From the NCBI GenBank assembly GCA_937148845.1, contig CAKZRW010000031.1:22038-86037 (forward strand): a stretch of 64,000 bases of DNA. Reading direction: 5' to 3'. The position numbers and the translations under genes are program-made. Of the stretch, positions 45,968-54,689 are shown piece by piece (position 1 is the first letter of the stretch; the number at the start of each line of letters is the position of its first letter). The notes beneath the pieces were generated by a model that made no database searches, had not been told where the DNA came from, and was given only the letters and a program-made list of their open reading frames with translations. Origin of the DNA: an uncultured Actinomycetes bacterium. Lineage in GTDB: Bacteria > Actinomycetota > Thermoleophilia > RBG-16-64-13.

Positions 45968-47657
45968 ACCGACCGGTGAGATCCTGGTCGAGATGGGCCT
46001 ACTCACGCCCGAACAGGTCGAGCAGGCCCTGGCTGAGCAGCGACTAACCCACCAACGCATTGGCGACATAGTGCTCAACAAGGGTTGGGTGACCAAGCGT
46101 GATCTGATGGAGGCCTTGGCTCGGCGCATCGGGGTCCGCTACCTTGACCTGGCGAATCTTCGTGTCGATCCTCTTGCGGTCGACCTCATCTCCGAGCGAG
46201 ACGCCCGTCGTTACTCGGCTGTCCCCGTGGGGTTTGCAGACGAACACACCCTGTTGGTGGCCATGGCCGATCCTTCCAACATTGTGACGATCGACGATCT
46301 CAGGATCCTCACGGGGTTCGATATCGAGCCCGCTTTGGTCAGCAGCGAGGACCTAAGTGAGCTGCTCTCGAAACTAAAACCGGCTGTCGACGAGCAGCTG
46401 TCCCAGCAACTGGAGACCCGTCTAACGGAGACTGATGATGAGGCCAGCCACGAAGATGTTCGTGACCTCCACGAGCAGGTCGACGCTGCTCCTGTGGTCA
46501 AATTGGTCAACGGCATCCTGGCTCGGGCAGTGGACGAACACGCGTCCGACGTGCATTTCGAGCCCCAAGCTAGAGAGCTGGTCATACGCTTCCGCCATGA
46601 CGGGGTGCTCCACGAGATCATGACCGTGCCCAAGAGGCTCCAGGCGGGTGTGATCTCGCGCCTCAAAGTAATGGCCGACTTGGACATCGCCGAAAGGCGC
46701 ATTCCCCAGGACGGACGTATAGGTTTGACTGTGGGGGGGCGCCCCATCGATATGCGGGTGGCTTCGCTTCCCACCGTCTATGGCGAGAAGATAGTGGTGC
46801 GGTTGCTCGATCGCTCGAACGTCATGCTCCGCCTGGAGGAACTCGGATTCTCGGAACAGGCTTTGGCCCGCTACCGGCGATCTTTCACTAGACCCTACGG
46901 GGCGATCCTAGTCACCGGACCTACCGGTTCGGGGAAGTCGACTACCCTGTACGCGACCCTGAACATTCTGAACACCCCCGAGAAGAACATCATCACGGTA
47001 GAAGATCCGGTCGAGTATCGCCTGGCCGGCATCAACCAGGTGCAGATCAACCCCAAAGCCGGCCTGACCTTCGCCTCGGGACTACGCTCGATACTGAGGT
47101 GTGACCCTGACATCATCATGGTGGGGGAGATCCGCGACCGTGATACTGCCCAGATTGCAGTCGAGTCGGCGCTCACTGGCCATCTCGTCCTCTCCACCCT
47201 GCACACCAATGATGCTCCGGGCGCGCTTACCCGGTTGACCGAGATGGGGGTGGAGCCGTTCTTGACCGCCTCTGCCGTAGACTGCGTGATAGCTCAGCGC
47301 CTGGTGCGCAAGCTGTGCGACTACTGCAAGGAACCGTTCCGCCCCACGTCTGGCGCTCTGCGAAATGCCGGGTTCGACGATGATGTGGTCCAGCGCGCTA
47401 ACGTCGGTGAGTTAACTCTTTACCGGGCGAGAGGTTGTGCTCGCTGCAACAACACAGGCTACAAAGGCCGGGTGGGCATCTATGAAGTTATGCTGGTCAG
47501 CGAGGCTATCGAGAGACTCATCGTCGAACGCAAGAGTGCCGATGAGATAGGTCGGGTGGCGCGCGCCGAGGGCATGGTGCCTTTGCGCGAAGATGGCCTA
47601 GCGCGCGTGCTGAAAGGAGTCACCAGCATCGAAGAGATCTCGAGAGTGATAGTCTGA
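45921..47657 (+). CDS. pilB: Type IV pilus assembly ATPase PilB (GspE family)
   Basis: N-terminal T2SSE_N domain, Walker A GPTGSGKSTT, the tetracysteine CDYC...CARCNNTGYKGR, Asp and His boxes. GAGGAGAGG RBS. 47-nt overlap with aroE. Confidence 0.88.
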   Translation: MQAAREERLERRQVGRPTGEILVEMGLLTPEQVEQALAEQRLTHQRIGDIVLNKGWVTKRDLMEALARRIGVRYLDLANLRVDPLAVDLISERDARRYSAVPVGFADEHTLLVAMADPSNIVTIDDLRILTGFDIEPALVSSEDLSELLSKLKPAVDEQLSQQLETRLTETDDEASHEDVRDLHEQVDAAPVVKLVNGILARAVDEHASDVHFEPQARELVIRFRHDGVLHEIMTVPKRLQAGVISRLKVMADLDIAERRIPQDGRIGLTVGGRPIDMRVASLPTVYGEKIVVRLLDRSNVMLRLEELGFSEQALARYRRSFTRPYGAILVTGPTGSGKSTTLYATLNILNTPEKNIITVEDPVEYRLAGINQVQINPKAGLTFASGLRSILRCDPDIIMVGEIRDRDTAQIAVESALTGHLVLSTLHTNDAPGALTRLTEMGVEPFLTASAVDCVIAQRLVRKLCDYCKEPFRPTSGALRNAGFDDDVVQRANVGELTLYRARGCARCNNTGYKGRVGIYEVMLVSEAIERLIVERKSADEIGRVARAEGMVPLREDGLARVLKGVTSIEEISRVIV

Positions 47658-47693
47658 CGACCTTTGCCTAGTAGATGCGGAGGAAATGACCCT

Positions 47694-48758
47694 ATGGACA
47701 TCGGCGAAATCCTGAGGGAGACGGTCCAGCGACAGGCTTCTGACCTCCATCTGGCGGTCGGCCTGCCTCCCGTACTTCGTATCGATGGCCGTTTGCAGCC
47801 CATGGATCGGCCTCCTCTTACGCCAAGCCAGGTACGGGAGATGGTTTACAGCATCCTCACCCAGGACCAACGCCAGAAGCTGGAGACCGACTGGGAGGTG
47901 GACCTCTCGTACTCGCTCTACGGGCAAGCGCGTTTCCGGGTAAATGCCTATTTCCAAAGGGGCACGGTGGGAGCCGCCTTCCGGCACGTCCCTACTGTGA
48001 TCAAGTCCATCGAGGAGCTGGGGCTTCCCAAGGTTCTTCATACGTTCAGCCAGAGACCACGGGGTCTCATTCTGGTCACTGGGCCCACTGGCTCGGGCAA
48101 GTCCACCACTCTCGCCGCCATCATCGACGAGATAAACGAAACCCGGAACGACCACATAATCACAATAGAAGATCCTATCGAGTTCCTGCATCGGCACAAA
48201 CGCTGCGTTATTCACCAACGAGAGGTAGGGAGCGACACGCGAGCTTTTCCCGTTGCCCTACGTTCTGCTCTCAGGCAAGACCCTGACGTCATCCTGATCG
48301 GGGAGATGCGTGATCTGGAGACGATCCAGATCGCCCTGACCGCAGCAGAGACCGGCCACCTGGTGTTCGCCACTTTGCATACTCAGGACTGCGCCCAGAC
48401 CATCGACCGGATGATCGACGTCTTTCCGCCTCACCAGCAGGAACAGGTGCGCGTGCAGATCGCTGGGACGTTGGAAGGGGTGGTGACTCAACAACTGCTG
48501 CCCAAAGCCGGGGGCGTGGGGAGGGTGGCTGCCTGTGAGGTCCTTATCGCTACCCCAGCCGCGAGGAACCTGATAAGGGAAGGCAAGACGCATCAACTTT
48601 ATACGGTTATGCAGACTGGAGGGCAGCACGGGATGCAGACGATGAACTCCTCGTTGGCTGACCTGGTACGGCGGGGGCTGATAACCAAGGAGCTTGCTCT
48701 CCAGCGTTCTTCCAGCGCTGACGAACTGGAAAGATTGCTGCGTACAGGTAAAGTCTAA
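47694..48758 (+). CDS. pilT: Twitching-motility retraction ATPase PilT
   Basis: ASDLHL, Walker A GPTGSGKSTT, and the GEMRD motif. About 354 aa. GGAGGA RBS. Confidence 0.88.
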   Translation: MDIGEILRETVQRQASDLHLAVGLPPVLRIDGRLQPMDRPPLTPSQVREMVYSILTQDQRQKLETDWEVDLSYSLYGQARFRVNAYFQRGTVGAAFRHVPTVIKSIEELGLPKVLHTFSQRPRGLILVTGPTGSGKSTTLAAIIDEINETRNDHIITIEDPIEFLHRHKRCVIHQREVGSDTRAFPVALRSALRQDPDVILIGEMRDLETIQIALTAAETGHLVFATLHTQDCAQTIDRMIDVFPPHQQEQVRVQIAGTLEGVVTQQLLPKAGGVGRVAACEVLIATPAARNLIREGKTHQLYTVMQTGGQHGMQTMNSSLADLVRRGLITKELALQRSSSADELERLLRTGKV

Positions 48759-48940
48759 GACCTACGAGCAGACCGGCGAGGGGACGGGGGGAGAGGATCC
48801 AAGCTCTTGAGGAGGCGACCCTCCCTGCCGATACATACAGACAGAACCGGTCGACACCGACGGCTAATTGCACCAACGCCGCAGATGTAACACGAAAGAC
48901 TGCTACAAAAGAAGGCAGCGAACGAAGGACAGGGTGGACA

Positions 48941-50155
48941 GTGGCAACCTACGTGTATACCGCCAAGAAGGACAGAGCCACGCTTCTCACGGGGGAGATC
49001 GTTGCCGACTCCAAAGCAGCGGTGGTTGCGGATCTCCGTCGCAAGGGTCTCACCGTGGTCCGCTTGGAAGAGAAGCGGGGGCTGCCCGACCTGAAGTCCC
49101 TTCTCGAGAACAGTAAGCGCATAAAGGTCCGCGACAAGGCGGTTTTCGCCCGCCAGTTCGCCACCATGATCAGCTCGGGATTGGCTGTGCTTCGTGCTCT
49201 CTATGTGCTGGAAGAGCAGACCCAGAACCCGCGCTTCAAGAAGATCATCCGAGCCGTCAGGGACGACGTCGAGGCCGGCGCGCCGCTCTCCGACGCCATG
49301 GCCAAGCATCCTGCCGCGTTCGATCGGCTCTATGTGGCAATGGTCAGGGCAGGTGAGACAGGTGGAGCTTTGGACCAGACCCTCGAACGTCTGGCTGTGC
49401 AGCTCGAGAAGCAGGACGCTTTACGCCGGACTATCAAGTCCGCCATGACCTATCCTGTGTTGATAGGTGTCTTCGCGATCCTCGTCATGATAGGGATGCT
49501 GATCTTCATCATCCCCATCTTCGCCAGCATGTACAAGGACCTGGGAGGGGAGCTCCCCACTTTGACGAAGGCCATGATGGGCGTGAGCAGCGCACTCAAG
49601 GGTTATTGGTTCATCATCTTCCCCGCCCTGGGTCTGCTCGGTTGGGCCCTGGTCAGGCTGAAGAAGACCGAGCAGGGGAGAAAGGCCTGGGACCGGGCGA
49701 AACTGCAGTTACCCATGAAGCTAGGCCCGATCATCCAGAAGATAGCCCTGGCTCGTTTCAGCCGGACCCTAGCCACCCTCATGAGCTCAGGGGTGCCGAT
49801 TCTCCAGGCCATCGACATCACTGGCAAGACATCCGGGAACAGTGTCATAGAACAAGCCATGGTAGATGTCAAGGAAGCAGTCCGTAGCGGCGAACCGTTG
49901 GCCCGACCTCTCACGCGGGCACCCGTATTTCCGCCTATGGTCACGCACATGATATCGATAGGGGAGGAGACCGGCGCTCTCGACTCCATGTTGAACAAGA
50001 TCGCCGATTTCTACGAGACCGAGGTCGACGCTGCCGTCAAGTCGCTCACCTCGATCATCGAACCTATCATGATGATGTTCGTCGGAGGTCTGGTGGGTCT
50101 CATCGTGATCTCGATGTACCTGCCGATGTTCAACATGATGAACTTGGTGAAGTAG
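48941..50155 (+). CDS. pilC: Type IV pilus inner-membrane platform protein PilC (GspF family)
   Basis: Two GspF repeats (RQFATMISSGLAVLRAL ...; SRTLATLMSSGVPILQAI ...) and three transmembrane segments. Confidence 0.85.
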   Translation: MATYVYTAKKDRATLLTGEIVADSKAAVVADLRRKGLTVVRLEEKRGLPDLKSLLENSKRIKVRDKAVFARQFATMISSGLAVLRALYVLEEQTQNPRFKKIIRAVRDDVEAGAPLSDAMAKHPAAFDRLYVAMVRAGETGGALDQTLERLAVQLEKQDALRRTIKSAMTYPVLIGVFAILVMIGMLIFIIPIFASMYKDLGGELPTLTKAMMGVSSALKGYWFIIFPALGLLGWALVRLKKTEQGRKAWDRAKLQLPMKLGPIIQKIALARFSRTLATLMSSGVPILQAIDITGKTSGNSVIEQAMVDVKEAVRSGEPLARPLTRAPVFPPMVTHMISIGEETGALDSMLNKIADFYETEVDAAVKSLTSIIEPIMMMFVGGLVGLIVISMYLPMFNMMNLVK

Positions 50156-50277
50156 ACGGGGCCCCAAGAAAGCACCCTGGTGAGTGGCCAAGCAACTTCG
50201 TGAACAAGTGACGAGGTCAAGGGCAACTTAGGCAAGAAGCAGCAGTCCGGTCGAGGAGAAACTGCGCTGGTGAGCCG

Positions 50278-50312
50278 GGCCGCGGGACTTCAGTCCCGCG
50301 GCCGTTCTTGTG
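50278..50312 (+). terminator. Rho-independent terminator after pilC
   Basis: Perfect 11-bp stem GGCCGCGGGAC / GTCCCGCGGCC with loop TTCA, followed by GTTCTTGTG. Confidence 0.65.
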
Positions 50313-50457
50313 ATCCCGAGTTAACGCACGATAATGTATATTATGTAAAGCGTATGCGCGGCCGGACTGCGACTCGATCGTGTCGCCTCGGCCCACCCAG
50401 ACGGCCCCGATCCCCCTGGACTGCCTCCAAGGGCCGCCTCCGCCCCGCCTCTAGCGG

Positions 50458-50976
50458 TCACACTTCGTACTGCAGGAGGCTGAAAACGTCATAGCCTGCC
50501 AGCTTCTCTCGCCCTCCCAGCTCAGTGAGTTCGATGATGAAGGCGAGGCCGGCGACGATTCCGCCCGCATTTTCCACCAACTTGATCTTGGCCTTGGCGG
50601 TGCCGCCGGTCGCGAGCAGATCGTCATGGATCAGGACCCGCTGCCCCGGCTTGACAGCATCTATGTGCATCTCCAGAGCGTCGGTCCCGTATTCCAAGGC
50701 ATACTCACAGCGGTTGACTGTCCAGGGCAGCTTACCTGGCTTGCGCGCTGCCGCAAAACCGACGCCGAGCGCGTAAGCCAACGCCGCTCCCAGGATGAAG
50801 CCGCGAGCCTCCGCCCCTAGAACCAGGTCGACCTGCTTCTCGCGTCCAAACTCAGCCAGTTGATCGACCGCATAGTGCAGAGCCTCTGGGTCCTGGAGCA
50901 TGGGCATGATGTCGTGGAAAAGTATGCCCTCCCTTGGAAAGCCCGGAATATGCCGGATGAACGCGCTTAGATCCAT
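50458..50976 (-). CDS. apt: Adenine phosphoribosyltransferase
   Basis: PRPP-binding VLIHDDLLATGGTA and the APRT N-terminus DLSAFIRHIPGFPREGILFHDI. Confidence 0.9.
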   Translation of the reverse strand: MDLSAFIRHIPGFPREGILFHDIMPMLQDPEALHYAVDQLAEFGREKQVDLVLGAEARGFILGAALAYALGVGFAAARKPGKLPWTVNRCEYALEYGTDALEMHIDAVKPGQRVLIHDDLLATGGTAKAKIKLVENAGGIVAGLAFIIELTELGGREKLAGYDVFSLLQYEV

Positions 50977-51107
50977 GCCTCTCCTTCAAACCGCACTTTA
51001 CGACCTGGCTTGCGAACGACCCTTCCCGCCTCTGGCGCAGACTCTGCGCAGGCAGGCCAATGACTACGGAGTGCGCCACTACCGCGTCGTGGGTCAAGCA
51101 CCCCAGA

Positions 51108-51857
51108 CTATAACAAGCGACGCAACTCCCGCGCCAACAGCAGGGCTGATAACTGGGACAACAGCGACCCGAGATCGGCGAGCAGTCGCTCGCCGTACTC
51201 CCGCCTGTCGGGGTGACTGGACCGGAGCGACGGCACAGTCAATTGTTCCACCAGGGCCGCCTCTCGCTCGACTGAGGAGACCAGTAAGCGCAAATTACGA
51301 GGCTCTACGCCGAACCGAGCCAGAACCTGGCATAGCCGCGCCACTTCGACGTCGCTCTCGGTGTAGACCGGGCCCTGGCCCGCAGGCCGGTCGAGGACCC
51401 GGTATTCGCTTAACGTGCGGATGAAGTCTGGGTCGCATCCGGCGGTCTCGCGAAGTTCTTCAAGGCTGTATAGCGCCTGTTCGCGCCTGAGCGCAGGAGT
51501 GAGCCGCAGCGCTCCTGTAGCTGTCCCAGTTGTACCGAGAGGAACTGCCGCCCTTTCCACGCGCTGCTTTATGACCTCCAAGGGCAAGAATTCGTCCCGC
51601 TGCAGGGTAAGTATGGTCCGCAGCCTTCTCACATCGGCATGCGAGTATTTCCGATACTTACCGGGAGTACGCGCAGGAGCAAGCAGCCCCCGGTCTTCAA
51701 GGTACCGAACCTTGGTGATGCTGAGATCCGGAAACTCAGGTCGAAGCAGCGCTACGACCTGGCCGATGGTCAAAGGGCGGTCGCTATGTTGACCAAGCGC
51801 ATCCGCCTGGACTGTCGAGGGGCTGGAGCGGGCTTGCTGCTTGCCGGTGTCGCTCAT
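51108..51857 (-). CDS. MerR-family transcriptional regulator (FtsR / Rv1828-like, with C-terminal domain)
   Basis: MerR HTH (LTIGQVVALL...ITKVRYLEDRGLL). About 150-aa C-terminal domain. Downstream of an FHA gene, as in actinobacterial garA/odhI-MerR pairs. Confidence 0.75.
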   Translation of the reverse strand: MSDTGKQQARSSPSTVQADALGQHSDRPLTIGQVVALLRPEFPDLSITKVRYLEDRGLLAPARTPGKYRKYSHADVRRLRTILTLQRDEFLPLEVIKQRVERAAVPLGTTGTATGALRLTPALRREQALYSLEELRETAGCDPDFIRTLSEYRVLDRPAGQGPVYTESDVEVARLCQVLARFGVEPRNLRLLVSSVEREAALVEQLTVPSLRSSHPDRREYGERLLADLGSLLSQLSALLLARELRRLL

Positions 51858-51868
51858 GCCCGCCTCCG

Positions 51869-52342
51869 CTACGATTCCGCCTTTGTCAAGAAAACCAACT
51901 TGTACTTGCCGATCTGCAGCTCGTCACCGTCCCGCAGACGATGCCGTTCAATCCGGCGGCGGTTGACGTAGGTGCCATTAAGCGAGCGCAGGTCCTCTAT
52001 CAAGTACCCACGCCCGTCCCGCAAGATACGGGCATGACGTCGCGACACCGTCACGTCGTCAAGGAACAAATGGTTGTCCGGGTTCCGGCCGATGGTAAGA
52101 ACGTCCGTCTCCAGCACGACGAGCTCCCCTTCCCTGCCTCCCCCACTCCGAATCTGGAGCGCTGGCCCCGCAGCCCCAGCTGAAGGCCGCCGGGCTATCT
52201 GCTTCTGGTCGAGCTCAGGGGCTGGGTAGCTGACGGTGGAGTCCTCCAGACCAGCAGTCGCCAGCTTGGTGCCACAGCGCCTACAGTAATTGGAATCCTC
52301 GCTGTTCTCGAAGGAGCAGGTCGGACACTCGATCATGCCCAC
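51869..52342 (-). CDS. Zinc-ribbon + FHA domain protein
   Basis: N-terminal CPTCSFENSEDSNYCRRCG zinc ribbon. C-terminal FHA (LTIGRNPDNHLFLDDVTVSRRHARI...GSLNGTYVN). GTG start. Confidence 0.8.
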   Translation of the reverse strand: MGMIECPTCSFENSEDSNYCRRCGTKLATAGLEDSTVSYPAPELDQKQIARRPSAGAAGPALQIRSGGGREGELVVLETDVLTIGRNPDNHLFLDDVTVSRRHARILRDGRGYLIEDLRSLNGTYVNRRRIERHRLRDGDELQIGKYKLVFLTKAES

Positions 52343-52351
52343 GCCCTCCCG

Positions 52352-52657
52352 CTAATCGTCCGGTGGCTCCTCGCCTGAGGTCCCGCCGATCTTCTCGCCA
52401 AAGTCGGCAAACTGGCTGCGAAGGCCCTTCTCCAGAGCCTGGATGACCTCAGGATGCTCAAGGAGCGCCATCCGGGTGGTCTCCATAGAATGATCTACCA
52501 CGTACGCGTCCCTGAGCACATCGTCCAGGTGACGTCCCAACTGGAGCTGGCGAATCACATACCGCACCAGACGCTCCTCACGCACATCCGCTGTGAGGTC
52601 GCGAAACCGTTTGGAAACGTCGCTCCCCGGCTGCTCCGCCTTTTCGGTCATCTTCAC
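52352..52657 (-). CDS. Hypothetical protein (101 aa), conserved-looking, in the gcvH-FHA operon
   Basis: ORF with good coding character. 4-nt overlap with the upstream small ORF. No recognisable motif. Confidence 0.45.
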   Translation of the reverse strand: MKMTEKAEQPGSDVSKRFRDLTADVREERLVRYVIRQLQLGRHLDDVLRDAYVVDHSMETTRMALLEHPEVIQALEKGLRSQFADFGEKIGGTSGEEPPDD

Positions 52658-52944
52658 GAGCCTTCCGTGCCTGTCGAGCTCTTCCGCGTCTTCCCGGAGA
52701 GGATGTCGACCAACATGCTGATATCCCCATCCTTGACCAGAGCGGCACCCTCATCGTGCTTGGCTTTCAACCTGCGCACAAGCTCCGCTCGCAAGATGTC
52801 GATCTGAGCATGGAGAAGTCGCCTACGTTTGGAGATCTCCTTCTCGTCAGCTGCCAGTCGGTCGGCAAGCTCTCTGAGCTCTTCGTCGGTAAGCGATTGT
52901 AGGTTAAGGAGCAGTTCGAACCCGCCGTCATCCATGTCGGTCAT
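52654..52944 (-). CDS. Hypothetical small helical protein (96 aa)
   Basis: LQSLTDEELRELADRLAADEKEISKRRRLLHAQIDILRAELVRRL is a predicted helix / coiled coil. It sits between gcvH and the FHA gene. Confidence 0.45.
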   Translation of the reverse strand: MTDMDDGGFELLLNLQSLTDEELRELADRLAADEKEISKRRRLLHAQIDILRAELVRRLKAKHDEGAALVKDGDISMLVDILSGKTRKSSTGTEGS

Positions 52945-53065
52945 ACCCCCATCATAAGCCTTGCCGACCTAAACATCAAGCTGAGGTGGAGATTATTCAG
53001 TACCACCCCAAGGAAACGCGCGACTGCTCTCCAGTTCCGCCCCTTAGGGGACCGGTCGAGACGGC

Positions 53066-53449
53066 CTATTCCTCTTCTCTAAGGAGTTCCTCGTACTCTT
53101 CGGCGGTCATCAGGTCGTCGATCTCCGAGGGATCGCTCAAGCGCACTTTTATTAGCCAACCGTCCTCAAAGGGACTCTCGTTGATAAGCTCGGGAGCATC
53201 GACGACTTCTTCGTTCACTTCGATGACAGAGCCGCTCAGGGGTGCATACACATCGGAGACAGCTTTGACCGATTCGACCTCGGCGTACGGCGTGCCCGCT
53301 GTGACATCCGTACCTACCTCGGGGAGCTCGATGAAAACGATCTCGCCTAGCGTCTCCTGGGCGTAATCAGTAATCCCGAACACTGCTGTGTCACCCTCGA
53401 CCCGGGCCCAATCGTGCTCCCTGTGGTACTTGAGGTTCCTAGGATTCAC
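53066..53449 (-). CDS. gcvH: Glycine cleavage system H protein
   Basis: Lipoyl-lysine motif EVESVKAVSDVYAPLSG. 127 aa. Confidence 0.9.
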   Translation of the reverse strand: MNPRNLKYHREHDWARVEGDTAVFGITDYAQETLGEIVFIELPEVGTDVTAGTPYAEVESVKAVSDVYAPLSGSVIEVNEEVVDAPELINESPFEDGWLIKVRLSDPSEIDDLMTAEEYEELLREEE

Positions 53450-53545
53450 ATGCGCTCCTTTCTCGCCACCATCGGCTGGACGTCATGATAGCACGACCAC
53501 TTGTATACTCTGGAAGCAGTACCCGACTGCAAGGAGGACCGCCCA

Positions 53546-54040
53546 GTGCCACGCCGCAAGGGTCTTATCATAAGCGATGAACAGATGAGGGTGGTCGAGA
53601 CGGTGCTTGACAAGCTGCGCCGAGTGACCGGGGGTACCTTGGTGGCTCTGGTGTCCACCAGCGGCCAGCCCATCAGCACGTCCCCCTCTGAGTCGAGCTC
53701 CGACACCCTCTCCCTAGCTGCCCTCACCGCCAGCTCCTTCGCCGCTACGCGTCAGCTCGCCGAGGTACTCAATGAACGAGAGTTCACCCTCTTGTTCCAC
53801 GAGGGCAAGGAATCGAATCTTCACGTGGTGCAGGTCACCGAGCGCATCCTGCTCTTGATCACCTTCGGCCATGACACCCAGGTCGGACGAGTGCGTCTTT
53901 ACACCTCCCGCGCCCTGGAGGTTCTCAAGCCTGTCCTGCAGTCTGCCGAAAATAGCGAAGAGGATGATGCTTTGCTTGATGGCGACTACCGGCAAGAACT
54001 CGGCAAAGCCATCGATGGTCTCTTCTCCAGCGACGACTGA
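53546..54040 (+). CDS. mglB: Roadblock/LC7 domain protein, MglB-like GTPase-activating partner
   Basis: Roadblock fold core plus an acidic C-terminal tail. GTG 53546 with an AAGGAGG RBS 8 nt upstream. Immediately upstream of mglA. ORF-track 53501 start is too early. Confidence 0.75.
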   Translation: MPRRKGLIISDEQMRVVETVLDKLRRVTGGTLVALVSTSGQPISTSPSESSSDTLSLAALTASSFAATRQLAEVLNEREFTLLFHEGKESNLHVVQVTERILLLITFGHDTQVGRVRLYTSRALEVLKPVLQSAENSEEDDALLDGDYRQELGKAIDGLFSSDD

Positions 54041-54058
54041 AAGAGCAGGGAGCGGCCT

Positions 54059-54643
54059 GTGGCATTGATCAACCTGGCAGCACGGGAGATTAACTACAAG
54101 ATCGTCTACTACGGCTGCGGTCTCTGCGGAAAGACCACCAACATCCAGTACATCTATCGGAGGGTGAACCCGGCCACGCGCGGCCGGCTGGTTAGCATCG
54201 CCACCGAGGAGGAACGCACCCTCTATTTTGACTTTCTCCCCCTGTCGCTGGGCACCGTGAAGGGCCTTCGCACTCGTTTTCACTTGTATACGGTGCCCGG
54301 CCAGTCCTTCTACAACGCGTCTCGTCGCCTCGTACTCCAGGGGGCCGACGGGGTCGTCTTCGTGGCCGATAGTCAGATCTCTCGCTTGGATGAGAACGTA
54401 GACAGTTATCTTAACCTGTGGGAGAACTTGATGTCACTGGATGAGGATCCGGCGAAGATAAGCATGGTCCTCCAGCTCAACAAGAGGGACCTGACTGATA
54501 TCTTCTCAGTCTCTGATCTCTGCGAGTTGTTGAATCACACCGGCTCGCCCGTGATCGAAGCTTGCGCCCTCACCGGGGTGGGTGTTTTCGAGACGCTGAA
54601 GACTGTATGCAAGCAGGTCATTGCCCGCAGCAACGAGACTTGA
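54059..54643 (+). CDS. mglA: MglA-family Ras-like small GTPase (motility polarity regulator)
   Basis: [28 protein letters not shown] ... [12 protein letters not shown] ... LNKRDL is nearly co-linear with Myxococcus MglA ([28 protein letters not shown]). Confidence 0.85.
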   Translation: [194 protein letters not shown]

Positions 54644-54689
54644 CCGGAGACTTGAGCGAAGCCGCTCGGAAGCACAGCGTGCGCCAGGG

